From the human T2T-CHM13v2.0 reference genome, Homo sapiens, in the NCBI RefSeq assembly GCF_009914755.1, contig NC_060928.1: a stretch of 64,000 nucleotides of DNA. One strand, given 5' to 3'. A model generated the notes under the pieces. That model did no database searches, was not told where the DNA came from, and saw only the letters and a list, made by a program, of their open reading frames with translations. The translations under genes and the position numbers were made by a program. Shown here one piece after another: positions 1 to 12,959 of the stretch (positions are counted from its first letter, which is position 1; each line of letters starts with the position of its first letter).

Positions 1-206
1 TAGCTCACATTTATTTTAACATTTAATATTAGAAATGTTTTGATCTTTATTTAGAAGTTTGGTGATGTTTTTGTGACCAGGAATATGCCATAGGGACTTA
101 ACTCTTGCTTATAGTGATTAGCCTATGGTAAAACTGGTGGTTATACATCCATTTTGCTTAAAGTTCCAGTTTCCATGAACCTATTGATGACACTGAGGAT
201 CTACTG
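1..206. mobile_element. TcMar-Tigger DNA transposon end (MER82-like), cut by the window edge
   Basis: Terminus gaggatctactg is followed by TA (207-208). The reverse complement resembles the recalled MER82 end (cagta..tcctca...ataggttc.tggaaactg...ggtcacaaaaacatcaccaaacttctaaataaag). Confidence 0.7.
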
Positions 207-1421
207 TAATACAGAACCTTTAATTATTATTTTTATTATTATTATTACTTATTATACTACCCAGAGATGCTGTTAATCATGGGACTAAGAACCTTCATGA
301 TGATTCTAGGAATTAACATTCATTTCATGGGAAATGGAATGTCGTATTAATATTCTTGTGCAAAGCATCCTTGTGATTTTCTCTCACCGAGAAAGTCAAG
401 TGTAAAAACCATTCTGTCCTTAAATCTCCTTGAAGATTACATATTCCTACTTTTAAAAGTATTACGTAAAATTTTAAATATGCACTAAAATAGAATAAAG
501 CAGTGAAGCCCCATATACGCATCACCTAGCCTCAATGGCTTTGAACATTTTGTCCATCCTGTCTCATATTATCCCTCACTTTTTCCTTTAGGGAGGATAC
601 TGTGGTCTTTTAAATTTTAAAATAAATCCTTTGGTATGCATACTACTTTTCAGAACTGCGAGAAGATCCACTCAGTATAACAGGGTAATTCTCTTGAAAA
701 AGATATCTCAAAAAATAGATTGAAATCTCTTTTCATGAGATTTACCACAGTTAAGATCCTCAGCAACTTGATCATTTTCTTTAAATCTTTTCCCCCAGTA
801 CCCATTTACCTAAACAATCTGCTTCAGCCCATCTGGTCTATTCGCTGTTAGATCCCCACACAGGTGAGCATTCAGTAAGTCTTTAAAACTGAATGAAGCA
901 TTGTATGTTCCCATATCAGCATCTTTGCTCTTGATGTCTCTCTCTCTAATACTTTACTTCTTTTTTGCTGCCAGTGCAGAAAGAAATGCACATCTAAAGT
1001 TTGTCGCTTTTATTCCCTTTTGTTACAGTTTTGCTGTCCTTCTGCTCTTACTCCTGCTGCCCTTTGAATACGAGAGTTCTGCAAAAACCAGTCCCTCTTT
1101 TAGGGCTTAGTTTAAATTTTGTTTTCTCTGTACTCAATGAAGATGATTATTCCCTCTTCTGACCATCTGATCTTCATACCACTCATTTAGATACTTCCTT
1201 TTACTGGGTTATATTATTAGTTAATATTTAAGTTAACATACTTTATTTCTCTAGGGAAAGTTTTAAAAGTTGTTGTTTTATTTATCTTTATTGTACCTGT
1301 AAAGGTTACATTCGTTCATTCATGCACTTAGGTCTCAGTGCATTTTCTATTTTCCTGTGGCCACATTTTTCTATTTTCTAGATGTGACTGTTAACTCAAA
1401 ATATTCTATATCTAATTGAAA

Positions 1422-1613
1422 TAGTTTTGCCAGATTTAGCAAACAAAAATAAAACATGCCCAGTTAAAGATGAATTTTAAATAAATATTGAATAATTTTA
1501 GTATAAATATGTCCTAAATGTTACATATGAAACACTTATACTGAAAATACTATTTGTTGTTTACCTGAAATTCAAATGTAACTGGGCATCCTACATTTTA
1601 CCCAGCAACTCTA
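1422..1613. mobile_element. MER53 hAT MITE (palindromic)
   Basis: ttgccagatttagcaaa...cccagtta...taactgggcatcc...cagcaactcta, with a perfect 8-bp TSD aattgaaa at 1414-1421 and 1614-1621. Confidence 0.85.
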
Positions 1614-1912
1614 AATTGAAAGTTTATTTTAATTTAATCTTGTCCTCCAGATAAAAAGAGTAGATAAATTGGTAGATATCTTCCTTGAATATGTCATATA
1701 TTCCAGACATGATGACAGATTTCGTTTGTTCAATCAACAATGATTTCTTCAGTGCCTAATGTATCCCAAATTGAATTCTGCTACTGTCTTGCTCTGCTCT
1801 TTTCTTTTTTTTTCCTTATTGATGCACAGTCCCTTTGGTCCTCAGGCACCATACATTTATCATTTTTAGCTTTTATCCATCCTTAGTCAAAACAGTTACT
1901 AAGTCCTGGGAC

Positions 1913-1990
1913 GTCTCTCTCTCTGTCTCTCTCTCTCTCTCTTTCTCCGTCCCTCTCTCTTCCTCCCTCCCTCTCTCTCTCTCCTTTCTC
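1913..1990. repeat. (CT)n / pyrimidine-rich simple repeat
   Basis: tctctctctctgtctctctctctctctct...ccctccctctctctct. Confidence 0.85.
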
Positions 1991-2599
1991 CATTCTTGCA
2001 TTTCCCATCAATCTCTTTTCCTTTTCATCCCGTAACCAGATTATTTCTCATCCACTATAAACACCTCAAAAGTTTTTGCCAACCCCAAAGAACTTGCCTT
2101 AACCTTGCAATTTGCATATTCTAACCTATTCTTTTGTTATAGTATTTCTTGAAAAAATAGTCTGTAATTGCTGTTGCAATTTTTTCACTCCCACGCATTT
2201 CTCAGCTCATTGTACTTTTTTTACCCATCACTCTGATGACTTTTTCATAATGTTTTGTGGTATCTTCACTTCCATTGTGGATACCCTAGATGTTTTACAC
2301 TCTTTTTTCCTGCACGTTTTTCCCTTGTAGTTTTATTGTCTTACAACTGCAATGATCAGCTCTTTCCTGATGACTCCTAAGTAGATGTCTCTAAACTTGA
2401 CATCTCTCCTAGATCCAGGTCTCAGACCCACTAGATATCTCTCTGAATATTTTCAAACTTACAACAGTGAATATTGAGGAAGCTACAATAAATTGTAATA
2501 AAACATTACACGCATCGTAAGGAAAACAGATAATGTGCTAAGAGAATTCTAACAGGCAGAAAGGACTTCTGAGATTGTGTTCCCATTTGTCTTGTTCTT

Positions 2600-2893
2600 T
2601 GTTTTCTTCAGAGACAGGATTTTGCTCTGTAGCCCAGGCTGGCATATAGCGGCACAATCATAGCTCACTGTAACATCAAACTCCTGGGCTGAAGTAATCC
2701 TCCTGCCTCAGTCTCCAGAGTAGCTAGGACCACAGGCATGCACCACTTAGCCTGGCTAATTAAAAAAAAAAATAATGGAGATGAGGTCTTGCTATGTTGC
2801 CCAGGCTAGTCTCAAATTCCTGGTTTCAAGTGCTCCTCCTGCCTTGGCCTCCCTAAATGCTGGGATTACAGATGTGAGCCACCATGCCAGTAC
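2600..2893 (-). mobile_element. AluJ
   Basis: Diverged dimeric Alu, antisense (gagacagg...gctgggattacagatgtgagccaccatg), with TSD tgtcttgttctt on both sides. Confidence 0.88.
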
Positions 2894-4544
2894 TGTCTTG
2901 TTCTTAAAGTTCTGATTTAACCGTTTAAACAGTATGTATAGAATTTTGCATAGGAAATAAAGATCAAAACCATAGAGATGTGAGAACCACTTGTAAGGGC
3001 TAGAGGGCAGTAGCAGTGAGATGAGTTAAGGGTCTCCTGCATTAAGGCCAGAGGAGACAACAGTGGCTTGAACATCAGGTGTAGCAGTGGTCATAGGTAA
3101 GTTTGTTGGTGAAATGGACCCTGCCTGAAGTTTTATGGAATTAACCTTCACTGACATCAGCTTATATGGAACAATAACATTGAAATAATACAGATAATAT
3201 AGATGTGTTTTCAGTGATATCTAAATAGAATTGTTTATTAGCTAGAATTTAAGTTTTATGGGAGTAGGAAACTTTGTATTCTGAAATGCCAAATATGCTG
3301 AGATATGTGCATGCCACCTACAGTTTTTATACTGAAGTCCTTAATGAAAGGTGGTATTTGGAGACTCAAGTTTCTGGATAGTGATACAAAGAATCATTTG
3401 AGGCTTACAAAATAGTGATCATTTGGCATTTTAAGTTGATGTAAGCAAGAAGACATGTCTGTCATTTCATGTACATCTGTATAGTCTTCACCTCAACCTG
3501 AATCTCTGTAAGAAAATCAATAGAACTTCCTGTCAGGATTGCTTTAATGCAACTTATCTGTGGGCAACTCTAGTTATAGAGAAGAATTCTGCTGGTATTA
3601 AAGTGCTGAAGTGAAATTATGTTAAATTTTTGCTGATTTTAAAACAAAGAAACCTGTTAGCTATTATGACTTCTAAACTTTAAATGTATGCTGCTGTAAA
3701 CATCCATATGCAGAAACCTCAAAAACAAAATGAGATATGATTAATCACCTTTCAGAAGCAGAGTTTGATAAAAGCAAGAATGCAGTTCAGCTGTTTACAA
3801 GTTGAAGCTTCTATAGGAAAAATATTTCAGGGAAAGATATATAGTTTGTTTTTTATTGACTTATGTAAGCACTTTACCTTTTGAGCTCTATAAAAAAATG
3901 AACTCTTTCTGGGAAGAGATTCTTCTTTTATGACTATATTACTCATATCATGACAATTCATTGAATAGTAAAAGACATTGATGATGTGTTTGGTGTGAGG
4001 TAGAACTCTTGTCTTCAAAGGACAGGAGAAATTTATCTTTCCACATTTATTTGCAAGGTGTTTTCAAATAACTCTTCTGATAGCGTATGACATATCCATT
4101 AGCCCTGGACCTAAGAGGAGTAAGTTATGGGTATTTAGAATGGTTCTAAGCTGAGACACCCAGTCCCTTCCACCCAACCACATTGGCATCCATTTAGATA
4201 GGTACAATTTTGAAAATCTCTTCCCAGGAAAGAGCCAGATTGTCACAGTATGCAAGAAAGTGTTGTGCATAGCAAAAGAAACTTAGGTAAAGGATATTTA
4301 AGAAGATTCAAACATCAGTATAAGGGCGATCTGTGCAGAAATTTTATTAAGCAAGGGGATGAGCAACCAGGAGACTGCTTGTCACATAAAATGTTCAGGC
4401 AGAGAATGAATGTTCATCTTTCAGGACTATTGAATACTAAGGGTGATAGATCTGATTAAATCATCCAAGTTTCCTCCAAACTCTGATATTTTAGAAAAGG
4501 TTTCTTAGGCTTGGAGGCCATTAACTTTTGGTTGACTGGTAATT

Positions 4545-4950
4545 CAAGTAAGTCGGCTGTTATAGAAGCAGATTCAGATATAGGGATTTGGGGTGCGTGT
4601 GACTTTATTGAGACAGTGGTCTCAATAAAAGCAGATTGAGAGAAGCAGTATAAGACAGGGAAGTAGTTAAACAAGGATATGGTTTCAGCTGAGTTTTGCT
4701 TCAGCCTGATCCCATGGGAGCTGTGGAGCATAAATTGTGCGTAGAGTTGCTCTCACCTGGAGACGAAGAGGGTATAGTTTTAGACCCCGGTTAGTATTGG
4801 TCAGTAATCGGCTATGAGAGGGCACTACATTGCAGGTGAGGTGGCTCTTAAATGGCTAATGGCAGTTCTCTAGAGAAAAAGACAGCTGTGAATTAAGAGC
4901 AGCTAGTACTCAGAGCAACTGGGGGATGGGTGTGCTGGCCCTATCTACTA
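4545..4950 (-). mobile_element. Old ERVL-class solo LTR (LTR16/LTR33-like), boundaries approximate
   Basis: Recalled ERVL LTR motifs: cagcctgatcccatgggagctgtggagcat, ggcagttctctagagaa...gctgtga, gggggatgggtgtgctggcc. Confidence 0.45.
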
Positions 4951-5779
4951 TGCTAGCAAAAGGATTGTCCTATGTATTAGAAACAAAAAATAGGAACAAG
5001 AGTGAGCTGCTAGAGGGAAGCACAGCACTGACCCCACAACAGCCATACATGAAAACTGACCATATGTTTGAGGCCATGTAACATGGAGATGGATATTCCA
5101 TACACAACTACATAGCCTTAAAGGCATCACAGCACATACAAAGAACAGATGCTCATAATGCTGACCTAGAGTCAAGAAGAAAAAAATCTATACTTTATTA
5201 GAATATGCAATTGAAAAAGCAGGGACCATCCATATTTTTATACTTTAATTGCTTAAATCACCAGTCCCTAGTTATTTAGAAAAGAAACAGAATAGTTGTG
5301 AAAGTGCTTGGTGAGTAGTTAACCTATTACAACTTTTAGAGCATTAACCATAGGGCCATCAGGTAGACACGTAAGAAGCTGTGCCTTACAAAGGTAAGTA
5401 CTTTTTGAAAAAGGGAACCGTTTTAGAGAGTCTTACATTTTGAGACTTAGAATATTAATGTGTCTCAGTTTACTCTCAGGAAGGTGTGCAGGAAAGAAGT
5501 ACTTTGTGGTTTCTATTGAACAAGTGGGCGATTTTAAGGCTGTTGCCCAAACTAGGTAACAAATTGCATCATTCTCATTGTATTTTCAACAATTGCCACC
5601 CTCTTGGCCCATCTTATCTGTTATTCCATGAACACCTCATCAAGTTTCACCCTCCAGTGCTTATTTTCAAACTGTTTTACAGAAACTTTTGGTATAATTC
5701 CTATAGCTCATCAAGTATCAAAGGCTGCTTTTTATATGTCAATGTTCTCTAGAAAAATTTTAATGTTTTTCTTCTTCAG

Positions 5780-5971
5780 TACCATAATACTACCTTTGAC
5801 TGGGCATTTTTGTCGAAGAAGGAGTGTTCAAAATACGGAGGAAACCTCGTCGGGAACAACTGTAATTTTGTTCCTGATATCACACTCATGTCTTTTATCC
5901 TCTTCTTGGGAACCTACACCTCTTCCATGGCTCTGAAAAAATTCAAAACTAGTCCTTATTTTCCAACCACA
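5780..5971 (+). CDS. SLC4A4: SLC4A4/NBCe1 coding exon, 192 nt, phase 0-0 (end of glycosylated extracellular loop 3 and the following TM helix)
   Basis: Acceptor ttcttcttcag|TAC and donor ACA|gtaagt. Translates [64 protein letters not shown], matching recalled human NBCe1 (NTT sequon N617, C630, C642). Confidence 0.97.
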
Positions 5972-8744
5972 GTAAGTACCTGAACTTTAAATGATTTTCA
6001 TTGGATTTACACTGTATCAACAATAATACAACTTTACAAGGTGAAAAAGGCACCTGTAATTCAATGTGTCCAATATAATTTTGTGCGTTTTAAACATTAC
6101 ACTTCAATCTTTGTTCATGTGCATACTTATTAACGTAAGTCTAGTCAAGCTTTGGAAAACCTTCCAAGGACTTTCTCACATAATTCTGTCATATACCTCT
6201 CATAATTCTGAATGTGCTGAAAGGAAAAAAAATGAGATGAATTATATTTAAAAATGCATGAGTGAAGAAAAATACCTTTTAAATTCATTGTGTTTAAGTA
6301 CATAATCAAAAACTCTTCATGTTTATCAGGAATTTCCATGGTGTAGAATTTCTTCAGCAGCTGTACATTTGAGTATTTTAGTACTTGAATTATGGGCTGT
6401 GGGAGTAAACTTAAATTGTGTTGTTACACAAGTATTGGTGTAAGATATGACTGTCATATGAGCCAAACTTTCCTTCCCGTAATGATGAATGCCGTAGTAC
6501 AGAGAAACAGATAATTAAACTGGGTTGTGCAAACATCCTGTCTCCCATTAAAATGCCTGAGTGAGCTTAGTCCAAACTGTGGGTTCATGGAGATGCTATA
6601 AGAAAAGACTAATATTTAGTTAATGGCATTTTGGTTTTTTGCCTGCAGAATCAAACTAAGATAATCCTTTGCTTTACAGTTCAGTTCTTAGTGTTTAGGA
6701 TGTCAGTATTTCTTAGGCAATCTTGATTACACCTGATTTATATCAGTGACCTGCTCTGTACAGCTGACATCTCATGAAACAGCTCTTCTTGCATTATATG
6801 TAAAAGGAATGGAAGAATTTTAAAATATGAGATGCACTTGATGAAATTCCTTTTTCCAAATTCTAGGAAATGAAAATATATTTACTTTCACCTAGAAAAT
6901 TTTTGACTCTCTGATTCTTCTTACAAAATTGAAAATAAACAGAAGGGTTGATAATGAAATGTCTAGAAGTAGATAGCCCAAGGAATGAAAAATTTCCACA
7001 AAGTGAAATTTAGAAAGAAGCATTCAACTTAGTCTGCTTAACATGGGCATTACAAGCTGGTGATCCACAGGCAGAAAGAATTCAACCCACAGCCATTCTT
7101 TGTTTAGCCCACAGTGTGTATACATACAAAAAAACACACACTCTCTCTCTTACTTGAGACTTTTGGTAGAATCTGTACTTTGCAGATAGTTACTGTTTTC
7201 CCAGCTCTGTGTTGTCTAAGAATTGGCTGTTTCATGCATTCAGATTAACTGCCTGTTCTTAAAGACACTGGGAAATGTGCTTTCTTGATACACCTCTTCA
7301 ACTGTGTGGGTTTTGTGTAGAACAGATTCCTGGGTAAAAGTCTTTGAGGACAATTTTTTTTTTTCTCTTGAGGTTTTTCCTTCTTAATAAGTAATTTATT
7401 GGGCATCTTGGATTTTGTTTGTTTGTATTTTTGGCTTATACTTTGTAAATCATCACCACCTGCCAAAGTCTGATATAATTTAAGTATAGTAAGTAGAAAA
7501 GTGGAAAATTTGTGAAGCACTTATAAGTCATAATTTGCAAAATAAACTAGTTTCAACTTTGAGATGAATGGAGATCCTTTTTCTAAATTTTAAAATCTTA
7601 ATTGACCAATAATAATGTAAACTATATATTTCTGGAGTACAATGTGACATATGTATATGTTGTGGAATGATTAAATCAAGCTAATTAACATATCCATTAC
7701 CTCACATACTTATTTTTTGTGATGAGAACATTTAAAACCTACTCTTTTAGCAATTTTAAAATATACAACACATTATTATTAGCTATAGTCATCATGCTGT
7801 GCAGTGGATCTCAAAGACATATTCCTCTTGTCTGATACTTTGTACCCTTTGACCAATATCCTCCCATTCCCCGCCTCCAGTAGGCACCATTCTACTGTCT
7901 ACTTATATGAGTTTGACATTTTAGGTTTCACGTGTAAGTGAGATCATGTAGTATCTGTCTGTCTGTGCTTGGCTCATTTCACTTAACATAATGTCTTCCA
8001 GGTTTATCCAAATTATTGCTAATGACAGAATTTCCTTTGTTTTATGGCTGGATAGTATTCCACTGTTTATATGTGCCACATTTTCTTTATTCATTTGTTG
8101 ATGAACACTTAGGCTGATTCCATATCTTGGCCATTGCGAATAATGCTACAAAGAACATGAGAGTGTTGACATCTCTTTGAGATCATGATTTCATTTCTTT
8201 TGGATACATACACAGAAGTAGGGTTGCTGGATCATATAGTAGTTCTGGTTTTTATTTTTTGGGGGAAACTTTCATACTGTTTTCTGTAATGGCTGTTCTA
8301 ATTTACATTCCCACCAACGGTGTACAAGGGGTACCTTTTCTCCACATCATCACTAACACTTATCTTTTGTCTTTTTGATAATAACCATCCCAACAGGTGT
8401 GAGGTCATATCTCATTGTGGATGTAATTTGTAGTTCCCTGATACTTCATGATGTTGAGCATTTTTTCATTTATCTTTTGGCCATTTATGTTTCTTCTTTT
8501 GCAAAACATCTATTCAGGTCCTCTGTCTATTTATTAGGTGAATTGCTGTTCAGTTTTAGTTTGATGCAATCCTGTTTGTCTATGTTTGCTTTTGTTGTCA
8601 AAAAATAACCTTATGTTGAAGTGTAATGTTAGGTTATTTGATATTAACAATAATCTTTGCCCAGACTAATGTCATGGAGCTTTTCCTTTATGTTTTCTTT
8701 TAATAATTTTACAGTTTCAGGTCTTATATTTAAGTCTTTAATCC

Positions 8745-8890
8745 CTGGCTATTTTCTTTTTTTTGTATTTTTAGTAGAGACAGGATTTCACCATCTTGGC
8801 CAGGCTGGTCTTGAACTCCTGACCTCGTGACCCACTCACCTTGGCCTCCCAAAGTGCCGGGATTACAGGTGTGAGCCACCCTGCGTGGCC
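8745..8890 (-). mobile_element. 3'-truncated AluS (AluSg-like): left monomer and linker only
   Basis: Alu 5' end ggcc at 8890. The element stops a few nt into the right monomer with no poly(A) and is flanked by ttaatcc (8738-8744 and 8891-8897). Confidence 0.85.
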
Positions 8891-9884
8891 TTAATCCATT
8901 TTGAATTGATTATTGTATATGGTATGAGATGAGGGTCTAATTTCATTATTCTGCATGTTGATATCTAGTTCACCTAGCACTATTTATTGAAGAGATTGCT
9001 GTTACCCCATTGTGTGTTCTTGGCATCTTTGTTGAAAATCAGTTGGCCATAAATGCATGGATTTATTCCTGGACTCTGTTCTATCCCATTGGTCTAGATG
9101 TCTGTTTTTCTACCAGTACCATCCTGTTTTGATTACTATAGTTTTGTAGTAGATTAGTGTGATGCTTCCAGCTTTCCTCTTTTTGCTCAAGATTGGTTTG
9201 GCTATTTGGGGTCTTTTGTGATTTGATACAAATTTTAGGATTACTTTTTCTATTTGTGTAAAACATATCATTGGAATTTGGATAGGGTTTGCTTTGCATC
9301 AGTAGATTGCTTTGGTAGTATGGACTTTTTAATAATACCAATTCTTCAAATTCATGAATACAGGATATCTTTCCATTTACTCCTGTCTTCTTCAATATCT
9401 TTCATCAATTCTTTATAATTTTTGAAGTATAGCACATTCACCTCCCTGGTTAAATTTATTCTTAAATGTTTTATTCTTTTGTAGCTATTGTAAGTGGGAT
9501 TGTGATTTTTTTTTCAGATAGGTTGTTGTTGGTCTATAGAAACACTACTGAATTGTATGTTGATTTTATATTCTGCAACTTTACTTAATTTTTTTATTAC
9601 TTCTAAAATTTTTTTGGTGGAGTCTTTATGTAAGATCATGTTGTCTGCTAACAGAGACAATTTAACTTCTTCCTTTCCTTCCTTTCATAGGTTATATGTG
9701 TCTAGGAATTTACCCATTTCTTCTAGGTTATTTAGTTTGTTGTTGTATAATTGTTCATAAGTATCTCTTAGAGTTTTTTTTATTTCCTTGTTATCAGGTG
9801 TAATGTCTCTTTTTAATCACTGAATTTATTTATTTCAGTCTTCTTTTTTTTTTAGCCTAGATATTGGATTGTTGGTTTTGCTTA

Positions 9885-10233
<349 letters not shown>

Positions 10234-10532
10234 TATTTTATTTTATTTTTGAGATGGAGTCTTGCTCTGTTGCCCAGGCTAGAGAGCAGTGGTGCCATCT
10301 CAGCTCACTGTAACCTCAGCCTCCTGGGTTCAAGGGATTCTTGTGCCTCAACCTCCTGAGTAACTGGGATTACAGGCGCTTGCCACCGCGCCCACTAATT
10401 TTTGTATTTTTTGTGGAGACGAGGTTTCACTATGTTGACCAGACTCATCTTGAACTGTTGATCTCAAGTGATCCACCAGCCTCGGCCTCCCAAAGTGTTG
10501 GGATTACTGGCGAGAGCCACTGCACCCCGGCT
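10234..10532 (-). mobile_element. AluS (Sx/Sq-like)
   Basis: Full dimer gagatggagtcttgctctg...ctcaagtgatccacc...gagccactgcaccccggc, head-to-tail with the previous Alu. Confidence 0.85.
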
Positions 10533-12959
10533 GATTTTGTTTATCTTTAAAGAAACCTCAACTTTTAGTTTTGTTAATTTTTTTAACTTGTCTTAGTCTT
10601 TATTTCTTCTTTGAGTTTTATTATTTCCTTCTTTCTAACAATTTTGAGTTTAGTTTGTTTTTGTCTTTCTAGCTCCTTGACATGCTTCCTCAGGCTGTTT
10701 ATTAGAAATCTTCTTTCGATGTAGTCATTTATTGCTATAAATTTCACTCTTAGAACTGCTTTTGTTGTGTCCCATGGGTTTTGGTATGATATATTTCCAT
10801 TCTCATTTGTCTCAAATTTATTAATTTCATTTTTAATTTGTTTACTTACACATTGGTTATTTAGTAGCATACATATTCAGGAGCATAAACTTCCATGTGT
10901 TTGTAAAGGTTTCAAAGTTTTCCTTATTGTTGATTTATAGTTTTATATTGTGGTCAGAAAAGATACTTGATATGATCTCTGTTTTCTTAAATTTTCTAAG
11001 ACTAGTTTTGTAGCCTAGCATATGATCTGTCCTGGAGAATGTTACAAATGCAGTTGAGAAGAATGTGTATTCTGTAGCAGTTGGATGGAATATTCTGTAA
11101 AGGTCTGTTAGGTCCATTTGATGTATGGTGCAACTGAAGTCCAATGTTCCTTGTTGATTTTCTGTATAGATGATCTGTCCATTGTTGAAAATGGGGTATT
11201 GAAATTCACTATTATTGTATTGTCTTCTGTTTCTCCCTTTAGATAGAATAATAATATTTGCTTTATATGTTTGGGTACTCTGTGATTAGGTGCATATAGA
11301 TTTATAATTGTTTTATTGAATCGATTCTTTTATTATTATATAATGACCTTCTTTGTCACTTTTTACAGTTTTCGACTTAAGTATATTTTATATGGATACC
11401 TCTGATCACTTTTGGTTTCCATTTGCATGGAGTATCTTTTTCCATCCTTTCATTTTCAGTCTGTTGTCCTTAATAGTGAGGGGATCTCTAGTAGGCAAAC
11501 TATAGTTTGGTCTTTTTTTTTTTTTGTCCATTCATTCCCTCTGTATCTTTTCATTGGAGAACTTAATTTCATTTACATTCAAGGATTTTATTGATAGGTA
11601 AGGACTTACTCCTATCATTTTGTTAATTGTACTTTAATTATTTTAATATCCTTCATTCTTTTCTTCCTCTCTTGTTTACCTCTGTGGTTTGGTGCTAAGC
11701 TTTGTTTCTTTTCCCTTTCTCATGTGTTTATCAGCTGTAATTTCTATCTTTGTGGTTGCCATGGGGCTAACATAATGAGTCTTGTAATTATAATACTCTA
11801 TTTTAAGCTGATAACAACTTAACTTTGGTCACGTTAAAATACTTTAGACTTTTTTGCTCCCTCCCACAATTTATATGTTTGTTACCTTAATTTACTTTCT
11901 TATCTACTGTGTGTTTCTTAGTCACTAATTATGGCTTTTCTTGTTTTCGACCATTTTAAGTTTAAACCTTCATACTAGAGATTGAAAGATTTATGTAGCA
12001 CCATTATAATTCTGTGTTTGATTATGAATTTACCTCTACTGGTGAGTTTTATACTTTCATGTATTTTCATGATAATAAATATCATCCTTTTGTTTACAGT
12101 TGTAGCTCTTAAGCATTTTTTATAAGACTGATCTAGCAATAATGAATTCCCTCAGCTTTTGCTTGTCTGGAAAGATCTTTATTATAGCTTTGCTGGATGT
12201 GGTATTGGCTAACAGTTGGTTTTTGTTTCCACACTTTGAATATATTATCCCATTCTCTCCTGACTGGCAAGATTTCTGCTGAGAAATCTGTTAATTTCCT
12301 AATGGAGATTCTCTTATATGTGACTTGATGCTTTTCTCTTGCAGCTTATAGAATTCTCTCTTTGTCTTTAGCTTTTGACAGTTTGAGTATTAATATGCCT
12401 TGGAGAACATTGTTTAGGGTTCAGTCCAGTTGGGAACTTTTGAGCTTCTTGGATCAGGACATCCATATTTCTCCCAAGACTTTGAGGTTTTCAGTCATTA
12501 TTTTGTTAAATAGGTTTTCTGTTATTTTATTTGTCTCTTCTTTCACTGTCACACATATAATGCAAAGATTTATTCACTTAATTCTTATTTATTTTTTCCT
12601 CTGACTTGATTGGGTTAATTCAAAAGATGACTTCAAGTTCAGGAACTCTTTCATCTTCTTGATCTAGTCTGTTCTTGATGCTATCAGTTGTTTTTTTTAT
12701 TTCTTTCACTAAATTCTTCACTGCCAAGATTTCTGTTTGATTCTTTTTTATGATATCTTTCACTTTTTTGAATTTTTCATTCAGATCATGAATTATTTTT
12801 CTGATTTCACTGAATTGTTTGTATTCTATAGTATCTCTCTGAGCTTCTTTAAGATCATTATTTTGAATTCCTTTTGATCTATTCTATAAATATTCTTTTT
12901 TTGGACCTCCTACTGAAGACTTATTGTGTTTCATGGGGGGGGGGGTGTTATTATTATTT

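Noticed and set aside
1-5779. The preceding SLC4A4 exon (encoding ...NDTTLAPEYLPTMSSTDM)
   Set aside because: Not found by eye; it presumably lies upstream of the window.
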